The notes under the pieces are model-generated. The model did not search any database. It saw only the letters and a list, made by a program, of their open reading frames with translations, and was not told where the DNA came from. Positions 39,504-48,743 of a stretch of 64,000 bases of DNA are shown in pieces (the stretch's first letter is position 1; every line of letters begins with the position of its first letter). This stretch comes from a virus, in the IMG/VR virus record IMGVR_UViG_3300031972_002446, positions 1 to 64,000 of that record, one strand, 5' to 3'. The translations under genes were made by a program, and so were the position numbers.

Positions 39504-39818
39504 TTATTTTAAAATTGCTATAGCATCTGCAAACACTGAACTCTTGTTTACAATTTGCATATCAGTAAATACTATATTAAGATCACTAAATCTACACAAT
39601 GGACAAGCATAGCGGCAGGGGTCGGCTAATCCACTATCTAGTCTGTTTTTATAAGTTATGTAATATCCTCTTTCATCTTTACAAATAACTTTATCTGATG
39701 GAACATTGTGTCCTCTTGCTTCAGCGTCTAAATTAACAACCATACTAGAGTGACTTCCATACGGAGATGGAGTTTCGATAGTTCTTATGCTATCTTTGTC
39801 TTTGTGTATTTTTGCCAT
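39504..39818 (-). CDS. Hypothetical protein
   Basis: GSHSSMV...DERGYY.T...RLDSGLADP.R. Confidence 0.6.
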   Translation of the reverse strand: MAKIHKDKDSIRTIETPSPYGSHSSMVVNLDAEARGHNVPSDKVICKDERGYYITYKNRLDSGLADPCRYACPLCRFSDLNIVFTDMQIVNKSSVFADAIAILK

Positions 39819-39853
39819 TTATAATCTCCAATGTATAATATAACTATCTATAA

Positions 39854-40261
39854 TTACACCTGTTGGAGATTCTTTTTCTTTAATTTTACTAACCTGTGCT
39901 TAGTTCTCCAAATTTTAGTTAAAGCACATTGAGAGTCTTCTCCCATCCAAATGTGACAAAAGCCGCCCTCTTTTGATCCATAGGCTATAACCCCGTTCTT
40001 ATCAACGCTTATGACAGTAAACCTACCTCTACATCCCATAGGAATAAATTCACCGTCTACCACAGAATATGGGCCTCCTGTGGCTTTAATAGTATCTCCC
40101 TTTTCTAACTCTCTCCAATCAAATTTCCTAATCATTTTTGTAGTTTTTTTCTCTTTGCTTTGAACCGCAAAAACAAAAGGATGTTGACATTCTGGACACA
40201 TATATGCTCTTGGGCCACACTGATGTCCACATTTTTCGCAAGTCTTTTTACCTTTAGGCAT
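39854..40261 (-). CDS. Zn-ribbon protein
   Basis: GKKTCEKCG...CPECQH.F. Confidence 0.65.
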   Translation of the reverse strand: MPKGKKTCEKCGHQCGPRAYMCPECQHPFVFAVQSKEKKTTKMIRKFDWRELEKGDTIKATGGPYSVVDGEFIPMGCRGRFTVISVDKNGVIAYGSKEGGFCHIWMGEDSQCALTKIWRTKHRLVKLKKKNLQQV

Positions 40262-40295
40262 TGATCGTTCTCCTGTGAAATAAACTGATAATAAC

Positions 40296-40323
40296 AGTAT
40301 AACATACTTATCGTCAATGTCAA
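40296..40323 (-). promoter_or_regulatory. Sigma70-type promoter with CGAT spacer box
   Basis: TTGACA-ttgacgataagtatgt(16)-TATACT. Confidence 0.75.
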
Positions 40324-40351
40324 GACATATCTTGAGTTTTTTTACTTAATT

Positions 40352-40358
40352 GGTGTAT
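40352..40358 (+). promoter_or_regulatory. GGTGTAT motif (candidate phage-specific promoter) for the plus-strand protease
   Basis: Same motif that lies upstream of many minus-strand genes, here flipped with its gene. Confidence 0.6.
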
Positions 40359-40399
40359 TCTTAATAGAACTATAATATATAAAACAATAAAGGTGTGGC

Positions 40400-41176
40400 A
40401 TGAAAATACTATTCTTAATAATGCTACTATTTTCTTCTACTATTACTTTAGCAGGAACGATAGACCCAGATAACTCAGATGAGCAGTATCTTGACTATGG
40501 TAAAAAACATGAATGTGTTTTAAAATTAATAGGACATATGAATGATGAATTAAATAGTTCTTATAGCGGTTCTTGTGTTGTGATTGATCCTTATTACGTT
40601 ATTACAGCGGCTCATGTTGTTGCCAATGGTATAACTTTTACTGTGATACACGATGGTAAACCTCATGTCGCTAGTATAGTTGCGACACATATAAATTTTA
40701 AGCCCAAAGAATTTGGTTCAAATGATATATCTTTAATTAAATTAGCAACTCCTATCAAATTAGATTTTTATCCAGACTTATATAAGAAAAAAGACGAGTT
40801 AAATCAGGTGTGTAGTATAGCAGGGTATGGTTACGCAGGAACTTTTATTACTGGTTATGATAGTAAAAAATTTGATAACAAGAAAAGGGCTGGCTCAAAT
40901 GTTATTAACTCAATAAGAGATAACGTATTATTATGCTCTACTACAGATCAAAAAACTACTTTAGAATTTTTAATAACTCCCGGTGATAGCGGTGGTGGTT
41001 TATTTATAGACAATAAATTAGCGGGCATTAATTCATGTGTATTTGCTAAAGACGGAAATGGTAATTCTGATTATGGTGATGAATCTGGTCACACAAGAAT
41101 TAGTGATTATCTTGAATGGATACAAAAAACAAAAGCAACTATAGAAAAAATATCTCAACAAGATTTAGTAGAGTAA
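40400..41176 (+). CDS. Secreted trypsin-like (S1) serine protease
   Basis: Signal peptide, ITAAHV, DISL, GDSGGG. Confidence 0.93.
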   Translation: MKILFLIMLLFSSTITLAGTIDPDNSDEQYLDYGKKHECVLKLIGHMNDELNSSYSGSCVVIDPYYVITAAHVVANGITFTVIHDGKPHVASIVATHINFKPKEFGSNDISLIKLATPIKLDFYPDLYKKKDELNQVCSIAGYGYAGTFITGYDSKKFDNKKRAGSNVINSIRDNVLLCSTTDQKTTLEFLITPGDSGGGLFIDNKLAGINSCVFAKDGNGNSDYGDESGHTRISDYLEWIQKTKATIEKISQQDLVE

Positions 41177-41346
41177 GTATTATTCTTGTTTTTTAGGTGT
41201 TTGTTTTAAATATTCTTTTGAGTTTTCTATAATATCATGTAATTCTTTTTCAATGCTTGGCATAGGTATCCTTTTTACATCTGGTATTTTAGGTGTTGTT
41301 GGATCAAGAGGTATTCTTTTTGGTTCTTTCATATTGGAACTCCTTT

Positions 41347-41493
41347 TTATTTTGAAGCCAGTAAATATAGACCTATATTAGAAAAAGCATAACCTAAGTA
41401 CGCTATAAACATCCCCGGATTTCCTTTATATAATTGTTCTAAACTAACATATAAATATATACAGCCAGTTAACGCTATTAACCAACTACTCAT
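41347..41493 (-). CDS. Small two-TM phage membrane protein (48 aa)
   Basis: Manual translation MSSWLIALTGCIYLYVSLEQLYKGNPGMFIAYLGYAFSNIGLYLLASK. Confidence 0.6.
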   Translation of the reverse strand: MSSWLIALTGCIYLYVSLEQLYKGNPGMFIAYLGYAFSNIGLYLLASK

Positions 41494-42407
41494 AATACTA
41501 ATACACCTTCTATATACTTTGATATTGCTTTATCTTTCATTTTTATTTCCATATCTATATCAAAATCCAATCCATATGTATTAAAGGTATGTTCTGCATA
41601 ATCTGCGTGTTTGCGAGGGTTTGGGTGATCTGGTATATTTTCGCTGTAATGAAATAGTGGTCTATATTCATGCCATGTAAGATAACACTCTTCTAATGCT
41701 TGTTGCTCTGTCCAGCCATCTGGATGGCAGTGATGGTGTAAATAATCGAATGTAATTGGTATATTAGTTTTAGGATAAAAGTCTTCTATTAATTGTTTTA
41801 CAGACCAGCAATTAAGTTTATCGTCGTTTTCAATAACCAGACGGCTACGACAATTATCGTCAAGTCTATTAAAATTTTGTATAAATCTTCCCACAACTTC
41901 ATCGTTACTTCCTTGTCGATTATTGATGTGTAAATTCATTGGACAATTATAATCGGTAGAACAACCTATTCTGTCAAGAAAACTACTGTAAAAATTTAAT
42001 TCAGTAATTGTCTTATCTACTGCCTCGGTATTTGTCGATGCTAAGACATTAAACTCGCTTGGATGACAAGAAACCCTAACATTAGTTTGCTGAATAGTGT
42101 AAGCAATTTTATCAAAGGATTCTTCTATTTGCTGGTAGTTTGGAAGTTGATCCAGATTAATATCGGCATTAGCATAAGTAATGAGAGGAAAAAGATTACT
42201 ACTGATCCTATAGCAATAATTATTGTTGGCGCAATGTTGTATTGTTGCATCAGTAACTTTCATGTTGTTAAGTATTCGATCACCCAATATAGACAATGCT
42301 TCACTACGATCTAATTGGCTAAATCTTTTATAAGTCATCGTTTGAAACTTGAGAGTTTTATCAAGTTCTTGTAAATCTAAAGAAATACAACATAAACCAA
42401 ATCTCAT
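41490..42407 (-). CDS. uvsE: UV damage endonuclease UvsE/UVDE
   Basis: GLCC, YRISS.LFP, SCHPSEFNVL, LVIENDD, FDYLHH, HADY, DMEIK.K. Confidence 0.93.
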   Translation of the reverse strand: MRFGLCCISLDLQELDKTLKFQTMTYKRFSQLDRSEALSILGDRILNNMKVTDATIQHCANNNYCYRISSNLFPLITYANADINLDQLPNYQQIEESFDKIAYTIQQTNVRVSCHPSEFNVLASTNTEAVDKTITELNFYSSFLDRIGCSTDYNCPMNLHINNRQGSNDEVVGRFIQNFNRLDDNCRSRLVIENDDKLNCWSVKQLIEDFYPKTNIPITFDYLHHHCHPDGWTEQQALEECYLTWHEYRPLFHYSENIPDHPNPRKHADYAEHTFNTYGLDFDIDMEIKMKDKAISKYIEGVLVL

Positions 42408-42426
42408 ATCTTACCTCCATGCAGTT

Positions 42427-42454
42427 ATTATACATAATATCGGCAATTTGTCAA
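42427..42454 (-). promoter_or_regulatory. Sigma70-type promoter with CGAT spacer box (uvsE)
   Basis: TTGACA-aattgccgatattatg(16)-TATAAT. Confidence 0.8.
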
Positions 42455-42461
42455 CTGTACT

Positions 42462-43103
42462 TTATACGAATCGACCATCTTCGTATTGTCCATGTAGATA
42501 GAAATGGGATTTAGCATACAATATTTGTTTCTCTAAATCGTTTGGGAACATTGCTTTGCTAACTCTTTCTATATCTGGATTTAATTTTAGATATCTTTCG
42601 CTATTAAAATTATTAATCGAAGTTACTTTTTTAAATTGAGCAAGAGAATATGGTTTCAAATATTTGGAAAAACTTGAATCATTGTCTTTATTCTCCAGAC
42701 ACCCTTTGTAATATAATTCTCTATCTTCTTCATTTTTCCATGAGAGCATTGAGGTATCGCATAAAGTTAAATCTATATTCTCATTTAATAAAATAATACT
42801 TTGATTAAACTGTTCTTTTGTAGGCTGATAGTGTCCAGATTTATTATCAATATAATATACCTTACCACTTTTATTAATTTTTAAAGAACCTGCGCCTAAA
42901 ACCGTAGGTGCGTTTTTAATTAAATAATAATGACTAAGACCAATGTGTAATCTTTGATTTATATCTAGTATGTAATCTAAACTTTTATTAAAACACCCTT
43001 CGTATGAAGGGTATATATTTCTGTTGTCAATTATGAAATTAATTTTATTTATAACTTGTCTGGGTTTTTTAAATAAACCTCTTTTATCTTTTAATTCAAT
43101 CAT
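42462..43103 (-). CDS. Hypothetical protein: NxSGHYxP domain + YLxxNPD...HxxxxG module
   Basis: SH...GAGSL...IDNKSGHYQP; FNSERYLKLNPDI...HFYLHGQYEDGR. Confidence 0.5.
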   Translation of the reverse strand: MIELKDKRGLFKKPRQVINKINFIIDNRNIYPSYEGCFNKSLDYILDINQRLHIGLSHYYLIKNAPTVLGAGSLKINKSGKVYYIDNKSGHYQPTKEQFNQSIILLNENIDLTLCDTSMLSWKNEEDRELYYKGCLENKDNDSSFSKYLKPYSLAQFKKVTSINNFNSERYLKLNPDIERVSKAMFPNDLEKQILYAKSHFYLHGQYEDGRFV

Positions 43104-43244
43104 ATTTTTATGATAGCAATATTCATTATTAAAAAAAATTCTTCTATCGCCGGAAATAATTTTTCTTTGTATTCTTGTTTACATTATCATAACTATATAA
43201 AGGATGTTTGTGTTTATTTTTCCAAAAATTTATACTACTTTTCA

Positions 43245-43901
43245 TTAATTGGTTGATTGAGGGTCTATCCATGATAATGCTTCAGATATAATTGGAAATT
43301 GTTTACAGAATATTTTTTTACACTCCAAGGCAATATCCATGTGTTCTTTTTGTGTTCCGTTTTTTTCTCTAAGTTCTATATAATGAATCCAATTACGAAT
43401 ACTGCCACTCATATATAACCTTGTAGGAGTCGCTAAAGGCAGTACGAATCTAGCACATTCTTTTGCTATCCCATCTTTAATCATTTCATCATACAGTCCT
43501 TTTGCTCTAGCAAAATGCTCTCTTATTTGTCTATTCCATTTAAATACTATGTCTTGATCTACATCATCAATACTATTTTGTCTATTTTTATTATCCTGAC
43601 TTCTTAAATTAAATACAGGTATTTCTTCTGCAAGATGCGTTGTATCAGCATATCTTTGACTAAATTCTTGAAATGTAAAACTTCTGTGCCTTAATATTTG
43701 TGCTGCTATACCCCTATTAGTATTAATTTCAATAGTCATAAATGCCATTTCAAATATAGACCAGTGCTTATGTTTAATGCAGTAATTAAGCAAACCGGAT
43801 ATATTGTCATTATCTTGATTGTTTGGGTTAGACACTCTAGCACAATAGGCTATATTTTTTTCTGCTTCTGGAGTTACGCTGATTAATTTGATATCACTCA
43901 T
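43245..43901 (-). CDS. thyX: Flavin-dependent thymidylate synthase
   Basis: ARVS, HWSIFE, QILRHRSFTFQEFSQRY, ECARFVLP, TQKEH. Confidence 0.97.
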   Translation of the reverse strand: MSDIKLISVTPEAEKNIAYCARVSNPNNQDNDNISGLLNYCIKHKHWSIFEMAFMTIEINTNRGIAAQILRHRSFTFQEFSQRYADTTHLAEEIPVFNLRSQDNKNRQNSIDDVDQDIVFKWNRQIREHFARAKGLYDEMIKDGIAKECARFVLPLATPTRLYMSGSIRNWIHYIELREKNGTQKEHMDIALECKKIFCKQFPIISEALSWIDPQSTN

Positions 43902-44080
43902 TTATCTTCTTTATCCTTTTTATTTTCCCACCATTTGACCAGTTTCTTCCACACTGGCTCAAAGAACCATAAAACAATATATGCAACCACCGCTTCTATT
44001 GCTTTTCCTATAATAGTACTAACAGTAATAGATTGTTTTTTAATTTTATTATCTTCACCATGCTTTGTAGACATAATCAA
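43898..44080 (-). CDS. Small membrane protein
   Basis: Hydrophobic central helix. Confidence 0.5.
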   Translation of the reverse strand: MIMSTKHGEDNKIKKQSITVSTIIGKAIEAVVAYIVLWFFEPVWKKLVKWWENKKDKEDK

Positions 44081-44318
44081 TTTCCTGTTGTAATTGCTGT
44101 TGCCTATATCTTTCTTGATGCTTTATATGCTTGTTATTAGTTATATCATTATAAATATTCATAGCCAGTTTACTTAAACTATTAATAGCGCCTTTTCTTT
44201 CAGGATTATCTATAAGATACCATTCGTAATTATAAGGATTGCCTTCATCTCCAGATTTTTCTCTATTAACCTTATACCCTTTATCTTTAGCCCATTTTTT
44301 AATATTAGTCCAATTCAT
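44055..44318 (-). CDS. Hypothetical protein
   Basis: ORF track. Confidence 0.55.
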   Translation of the reverse strand: MNWTNIKKWAKDKGYKVNREKSGDEGNPYNYEWYLIDNPERKGAINSLSKLAMNIYNDITNNKHIKHQERYRQQQLQQEIDYVYKAW

Positions 44319-44502
44319 CTAATTCAACCTCATCCATTTTCAAATCTTTATTTTGTAAATACTCTATTAATATATACAGTTCATTTATGTGTTGTTGTAC
44401 AGAATGGGGTTTTTCTGTATGAAATATTTTATTTTTAGTTTTTTGTTTTATACAATTATATTTTAAATCAGAATTAAGATAATTCCTCAGTACATCGTTC
44501 AT
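44305..44502 (-). CDS. Hypothetical protein (paralog of 44499-44786)
   Basis: LKY.C...HINELYILIE. Confidence 0.5.
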   Translation of the reverse strand: MNDVLRNYLNSDLKYNCIKQKTKNKIFHTEKPHSVQQHINELYILIEYLQNKDLKMDEVELDELD

Positions 44503-44786
44503 TTCTTATAACTTCTAGTTTCAGGGTTATACTCCTTTATATCCTTATCATATCTTTTCCATGCTTCAATGTGTTTAATTGCAATCATTTGCTTTTCTTG
44601 TCTCATTTGTTGCATCATTTGATGTTCTACTAATTTATAAAGATCATCAATGTGTCCTCTAATTTCATTAGAGTTGCCCATACCATCAAGAACTTGAGAT
44701 ATGTGTTGTCTTACTTCTGGCTGAAAACAAGCATACTTTAAGGGTAACTTGTCTTTCTTACTCATTTGCTTGTATTCTTCAGGCAT
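44499..44786 (-). CDS. Hypothetical protein
   Basis: LKYAC...HIDDLYKLVE. Confidence 0.55.
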   Translation of the reverse strand: MPEEYKQMSKKDKLPLKYACFQPEVRQHISQVLDGMGNSNEIRGHIDDLYKLVEHQMMQQMRQEKQMIAIKHIEAWKRYDKDIKEYNPETRSYKK

Positions 44787-45015
44787 CCGAGACCCTTGGA
44801 TAAATTTCTAATGCGTTTTGTAAAGCAGATATTAATTGAAATAGATACATACTTTGGGTATTGCTGATATCTTCAATATGATCTAAATCTTCTATCATAT
44901 ACCTAAACATATTTTCATAACCAACATCTTCTAGAGTCTTCCTTATACAATGCTTCTGTTCTAAATACTTTGCCTCTTTTTTAATTGCTTGTCTTTTTTC
45001 TTTACTTATTGACAT
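44779..45015 (-). CDS. Hypothetical protein
   Basis: ORF track; GGTGTAT upstream. Confidence 0.55.
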   Translation of the reverse strand: MSISKEKRQAIKKEAKYLEQKHCIRKTLEDVGYENMFRYMIEDLDHIEDISNTQSMYLFQLISALQNALEIYPRVSDA

Positions 45016-45120
45016 CCTAAAAACCCTTTAAACTCCATATGTATATAATATATTCCTTTAAATAATTTAATTGTTATCCTATTGCTTTATACACCGTCTA
45101 GTATTCTGAGATAAGTCTTC

Positions 45121-45363
45121 TTAATTATCACTATTTTGATTATGGTCTTTAAATACTTTTTGAATAATGTCTAATTTGGAGGTATTAGATTCTAATATAT
45201 TTATATACTCATCTAAAACTGATAAAATATCTGGATGTTCTCCAACACCTACAGATTTAGTAATATATAAATCTATAGTTGCTATTGCCTCATCAATTTT
45301 AGCCTGATATTTTGACTCTAACGCTTTAACAAATCTATTCATCTGTATCCTCCGAATGCACAT
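45121..45363 (-). CDS. Conserved small phage protein (VGVGEHPD type)
   Basis: AL...Y.A.I..A.A....Y....VGVGEHPDI. Confidence 0.65.
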   Translation of the reverse strand: MCIRRIQMNRFVKALESKYQAKIDEAIATIDLYITKSVGVGEHPDILSVLDEYINILESNTSKLDIIQKVFKDHNQNSDN

Positions 45364-45462
45364 AAGTAAAAGTAAATTGTTGTTGTTCTACGGGTATGTC
45401 TACCGTATCAGAAGATTCATCTCCCTCTGTCATAATTTCCTCCATAATATTTATTATATCCA

Positions 45463-45753
45463 TTATCTAATATACAAAGGTTGATAATACCATTGTACTT
45501 GTGGTTGGTAAGTAATTTGTTTTTCTCTTCTTAAAAACCAACAACGTCTTTCTGTCACAACTGGAACATTATAGTAATAAGGAACCCATCCATACAATAC
45601 TGTAGGTTGCGGTACTGTATAAGTTACCGCAGGAACGGGGGTTGTTATAACCATAGGTGGTGGTGCGGGTGCAACTGGTACACTCGCCACCCACTCACCA
45701 GTATATCCGATAGATGCCCATAATGCAACTACTAAAAATAAAAATGTCCTCAT
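45463..45753 (-). CDS. Secreted Pro/Tyr-rich small protein
   Basis: Signal peptide, VPVAPAPPP, repeated W/Y-P. Confidence 0.65.
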   Translation of the reverse strand: MRTFLFLVVALWASIGYTGEWVASVPVAPAPPPMVITTPVPAVTYTVPQPTVLYGWVPYYYNVPVVTERRCWFLRREKQITYQPQVQWYYQPLYIR

Positions 45754-45770
45754 AACACTCCTCTTTCTTT

Positions 45771-46322
45771 TTAAAATTTAATATGATTACTTTCTATGCC
45801 CTTCATCTCATCCCTGAGTCTCCAAGCCCTATCTGTTTCTCGGCTATTTAATGAACCTTCTTCAATATACTTTTTCATTTCTTCCACATCCCAAGGATCA
45901 AAAGCCTCATCTTCATAATAATATTCCCAAGGTTTCCATCTAATTCTAGTGTGGTCTATATTTATTTTTGTATTTCCATTCTTATCCGTATAACTATATT
46001 TACACCAGTACCATTCTTCTGCTGCTATAGCCTCTTCAATTACTTTGAAGTCTTTAGGATAAGCATTAAAAGCGAATATCTTAAATTGCCCTCGACTGTA
46101 AAGCCACTGTAAAACACCCTCGTCTTCAAAGTCGATAGGAAAGAATGTATTATAAAATGAATTGTGAACAATAGGGTATTTCCACCCCAGATATTCTGCG
46201 TTTAACAAAAAGCCTACAGATAATCCAACAAATAATAAAAAGAACTGATAAAATAAAGTTCGACAAACAGTTATAAGTATCATAAAAAAACCTATATTTT
46301 TAAGGTAGGATATTAATAGCAT
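45771..46322 (-). CDS. Hypothetical membrane-anchored protein
   Basis: N-terminal TM. Confidence 0.55.
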   Translation of the reverse strand: MLLISYLKNIGFFMILITVCRTLFYQFFLLFVGLSVGFLLNAEYLGWKYPIVHNSFYNTFFPIDFEDEGVLQWLYSRGQFKIFAFNAYPKDFKVIEEAIAAEEWYWCKYSYTDKNGNTKINIDHTRIRWKPWEYYYEDEAFDPWDVEEMKKYIEEGSLNSRETDRAWRLRDEMKGIESNHIKF

Positions 46323-46426
46323 AATACTTATTTTTACACCTATTTGTTGTTATTATTAAAATAGTTATGTAATATTGTCTCTATTACCATAATTAATGCC
46401 ATGAAAATTAATAATACTGTCATTTA

Positions 46427-46606
46427 TTAATTTAATTTTATGATATGTAAAATTCTACGGGCTAATGCTGCTTGACCTACGATTCTACCATCATCATAAT
46501 CATTATAGTACCCAGCGTTAGATTCGTGAGTGTGTTGATCTTTTATTTTTTGGTTACACAACTTTATTATTTGTGTTATTTTTTCTTCAAGTACTGGATC
46601 AATCAT
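46427..46606 (-). CDS. Small hypothetical protein (59 aa)
   Basis: Manual translation MIDPVLEEKITQIIKLC...DDGRIVGQAALARRIL. Confidence 0.55.
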   Translation of the reverse strand: MIDPVLEEKITQIIKLCNQKIKDQHTHESNAGYYNDYDDGRIVGQAALARRILHIIKLN

Positions 46607-46859
46607 TTTTCTTTTTTTTAGTATATTTACTTTTTAACAAATCTGCTATTTGACCAGCAGTAAACTGAACAGTATTACCTCCCCAAAAATACTCATTAAC
46701 AAGATCAACTATACTTCCAGCCATAGGACTCTCGGAAAATAACCTATATATTCTAGGACTATATTCTTCCGTTATGTAAATACATACATCCTCATAGAAC
46801 ATTTGTTGCATCGCTCTTATTTTTGCTTCTCTTAATTCTCTTCTGGATTTCTTTTTCAC
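46599..46859 (-). CDS. 56-aa helical family A paralog 1
   Basis: Ungapped alignment with three other ORFs (see findings). Confidence 0.6.
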   Translation of the reverse strand: MKKKSRRELREAKIRAMQQMFYEDVCIYITEEYSPRIYRLFSESPMAGSIVDLVNEYFWGGNTVQFTAGQIADLLKSKYTKKKKND

Positions 46860-47092
46860 GATGGTATAATCCTTAACATAGCCATAATTTTATGTGCTGT
46901 TTTATCTACAGTATATTCTTTTGATATAGAATCATCTGTGATATTCTTAATGATCTCAATGTTATCTTTATTTTTTACTTGCTTGATAACTTTTTTCCCA
47001 TAGGTCACTTCGATAAAAGCAAACACCTCGCTGGTGAAATCGGTAACAGTAGCAGTCATAAATCCCTCTTTAAAAAGTATATAAAATTTCAA
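46856..47092 (-). CDS. 56-aa helical family A paralog 2
   Basis: Probable start MTATV with GAGGG RBS. Confidence 0.6.
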   Translation of the reverse strand: MKFYILFKEGFMTATVTDFTSEVFAFIEVTYGKKVIKQVKNKDNIEIIKNITDDSISKEYTVDKTAHKIMAMLRIIPS

Positions 47093-47105
47093 TCTCTCTA
47101 ATCTT

Positions 47106-47133
47106 AGTATAACATAAATATCGTCATTGTCAA
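47106..47133 (-). promoter_or_regulatory. Sigma70-type promoter with CGAT spacer box
   Basis: TTGACA-atgacgatatttatgt(16)-TATACT. Confidence 0.8.
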
Positions 47134-47158
47134 GAACAATCTTTAGATCATTACGAAT

Positions 47159-47314
47159 TTATTGATACCAACTTTTTAGAATGTTAACAACTATAAATAG
47201 ATTGGTAAGGATAGCCTGTAATACAAGCGCAGACCTAATAAAAGCAATACCATCGCTTTGTCTATCGGTCGTACCAGATTTTTCACCCAATGCTTTGCAC
47301 CAAATCTTCCACAT
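47159..47314 (-). CDS. Small phage membrane protein (W.KALGEK type)
   Basis: Manual translation MWKIWCKALGEKSGTTDRQSDGIAFIR... Confidence 0.6.
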   Translation of the reverse strand: MWKIWCKALGEKSGTTDRQSDGIAFIRSALVLQAILTNLFIVVNILKSWYQ

Positions 47315-47384
47315 TACTTAGTCTTTCTAAATAATAATAAAAATAAACATCTAGGTACAGATAATAAAAAATAAATTATGCTTT

Positions 47385-47666
47385 TCATTTGTTATTACAA
47401 TAATCATATATGAAGTCTGCAAGTTTAAGAAGTCTATATTTATCTACATACGAATTAACATTAGCAAATCCTTTATATGCAGTTTGTTCGTGGGTACATT
47501 TTGTATCTTTTATGATCATAAATGTTTTACCATCGAGTTCTTCTAACTCAAAACTCATCTTGCATGTATCGTCCAATTTACAATGTTTTCTTTTCATTTT
47601 AATAAACTCTGAACATATAAAACTAAAACGACCATCATCACTGTTAAAATAATTGGTGCAATCCAA
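47385..47666 (-). CDS. Hypothetical protein (possible family B member)
   Basis: ORF track; probable start MKRKH. Confidence 0.45.
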   Translation of the reverse strand: MDCTNYFNSDDGRFSFICSEFIKMKRKHCKLDDTCKMSFELEELDGKTFMIIKDTKCTHEQTAYKGFANVNSYVDKYRLLKLADFIYDYCNNK

Positions 47667-47857
47667 TAATGGAGAAGAATATTAGACTGTATATGAATAG
47701 ACCAATAATCACTGATCGCATTGTCAATTTCAGTCTTTGAGTATCCTTCATTCTTTAACACCCAATATAATTGCTTTTCTGTTAATTGATCCTCTTCATC
47801 CCAATATCTTCTCGCCATTATCAATAGACGTTCATCTTCATCAATATTCCTGTACAT
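47594..47857 (-). CDS. Hypothetical protein with C-terminal TM
   Basis: ORF track. Confidence 0.5.
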   Translation of the reverse strand: MYRNIDEDERLLIMARRYWDEEDQLTEKQLYWVLKNEGYSKTEIDNAISDYWSIHIQSNILLHYWIAPIILTVMMVVLVLYVQSLLK

Positions 47858-47944
47858 TGTTCTATTATCATTTCTACCGCCTTTAAATTAGGTAAAAATT
47901 TACTGAAAATATGTAGAGGTTTGATATTATCTCCCCTCTCATAT

Positions 47945-48130
47945 TTAAACTTTAGCATTTTGCAAAACTTCTTTTTCTTTTTCTAATTGTAGTCTTGCTT
48001 TTTGTAACTGCCTTAATTTTTCTTTTTCAAAATATTTATAATATCCTAGAAAAACTTCTGAAGTAATCACACCCATACCAGAGATGAGCGTAATTACAAT
48101 ACCACATACAAATAAGGTAAAGTTATCCAT
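47945..48130 (-). CDS. Small membrane protein
   Basis: LFVCGIVITLISGMGV. Confidence 0.55.
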   Translation of the reverse strand: MDNFTLFVCGIVITLISGMGVITSEVFLGYYKYFEKEKLRQLQKARLQLEKEKEVLQNAKV

Positions 48131-48139
48131 AATTATTCC

Positions 48140-48310
48140 TTACTTATTACATTTACCAAAATATGTTCCTAAAGTCAAAATGCTAGGAACCCATAGTCCT
48201 ACAAAAATTCCTTGCTCTTTTGCAACTGCTTGGTCTCCAAGAAACCAAAGAGAAACGCTAAGAACAAAACTAGCAAATGCTGCTACAAGAAAATAATTTT
48301 TATTACTCAT
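48140..48310 (-). CDS. Small two-TM protein (GIFVGLWVPSIL type)
   Basis: Manual translation; GAGG RBS; own promoter. Confidence 0.65.
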   Translation of the reverse strand: MSNKNYFLVAAFASFVLSVSLWFLGDQAVAKEQGIFVGLWVPSILTLGTYFGKCNK

Positions 48311-48354
48311 AATCCTCATTCTTTCCGTTTGTTAAAACAATAAACCACAACTAT

Positions 48355-48383
48355 AGTATAGCCTAAACAATATTGTTTGTCAA
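48355..48383 (-). promoter_or_regulatory. Sigma70-type promoter with palindromic spacer AAACAATATTGTTT
   Basis: TTGACA-aacaatattgtttaggc(17)-TATACT. Confidence 0.75.
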
Positions 48384-48739
48384 TGCCTTGAGTATCTTTT
48401 GCAACAATACCACATACCAGATTTACCTTGGGCGTAACCGACATCAATAACAAACATTCCGCTATTACTGTAGCAACAGTTGTTATATGCTTCGTTTTGA
48501 CTCCAACCGCTACCACAACCCTCGTAATTATTACTATGTCCACCAAAATGAGCAACACAATTTCTCGATGCCATTGTGTTAGCAACTCCTTGTGCGGAGG
48601 TATTATCTACTGTCGTAGAGTATGTATACTTATAAGTTGTGTTAGTTTTCTTTCTATTTCTTCTAGCCTCACAAACATTTGTTAATAAAGTTACAGCAAT
48701 TAAACATAATACTATTTTTTGCATAATTATTTCCTCCAT
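48380..48739 (-). CDS. Secreted Cys-rich minimal CAP-like protein, planctomycete type
   Basis: Signal peptide; H.GG...YEG.G...A..NCCY...G.WY.C.RY. Confidence 0.65.
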   Translation of the reverse strand: MEEIIMQKIVLCLIAVTLLTNVCEARRNRKKTNTTYKYTYSTTVDNTSAQGVANTMASRNCVAHFGGHSNNYEGCGSGWSQNEAYNNCCYSNSGMFVIDVGYAQGKSGMWYCCKRYSRH

Positions 48740-48743
48740 GAAA

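Noticed and set aside
46450-46530. GC-richer stretch with possible stem, candidate ncRNA
   Set aside because: Explained by a 59-aa ORF (46427-46606) below the track cut-off
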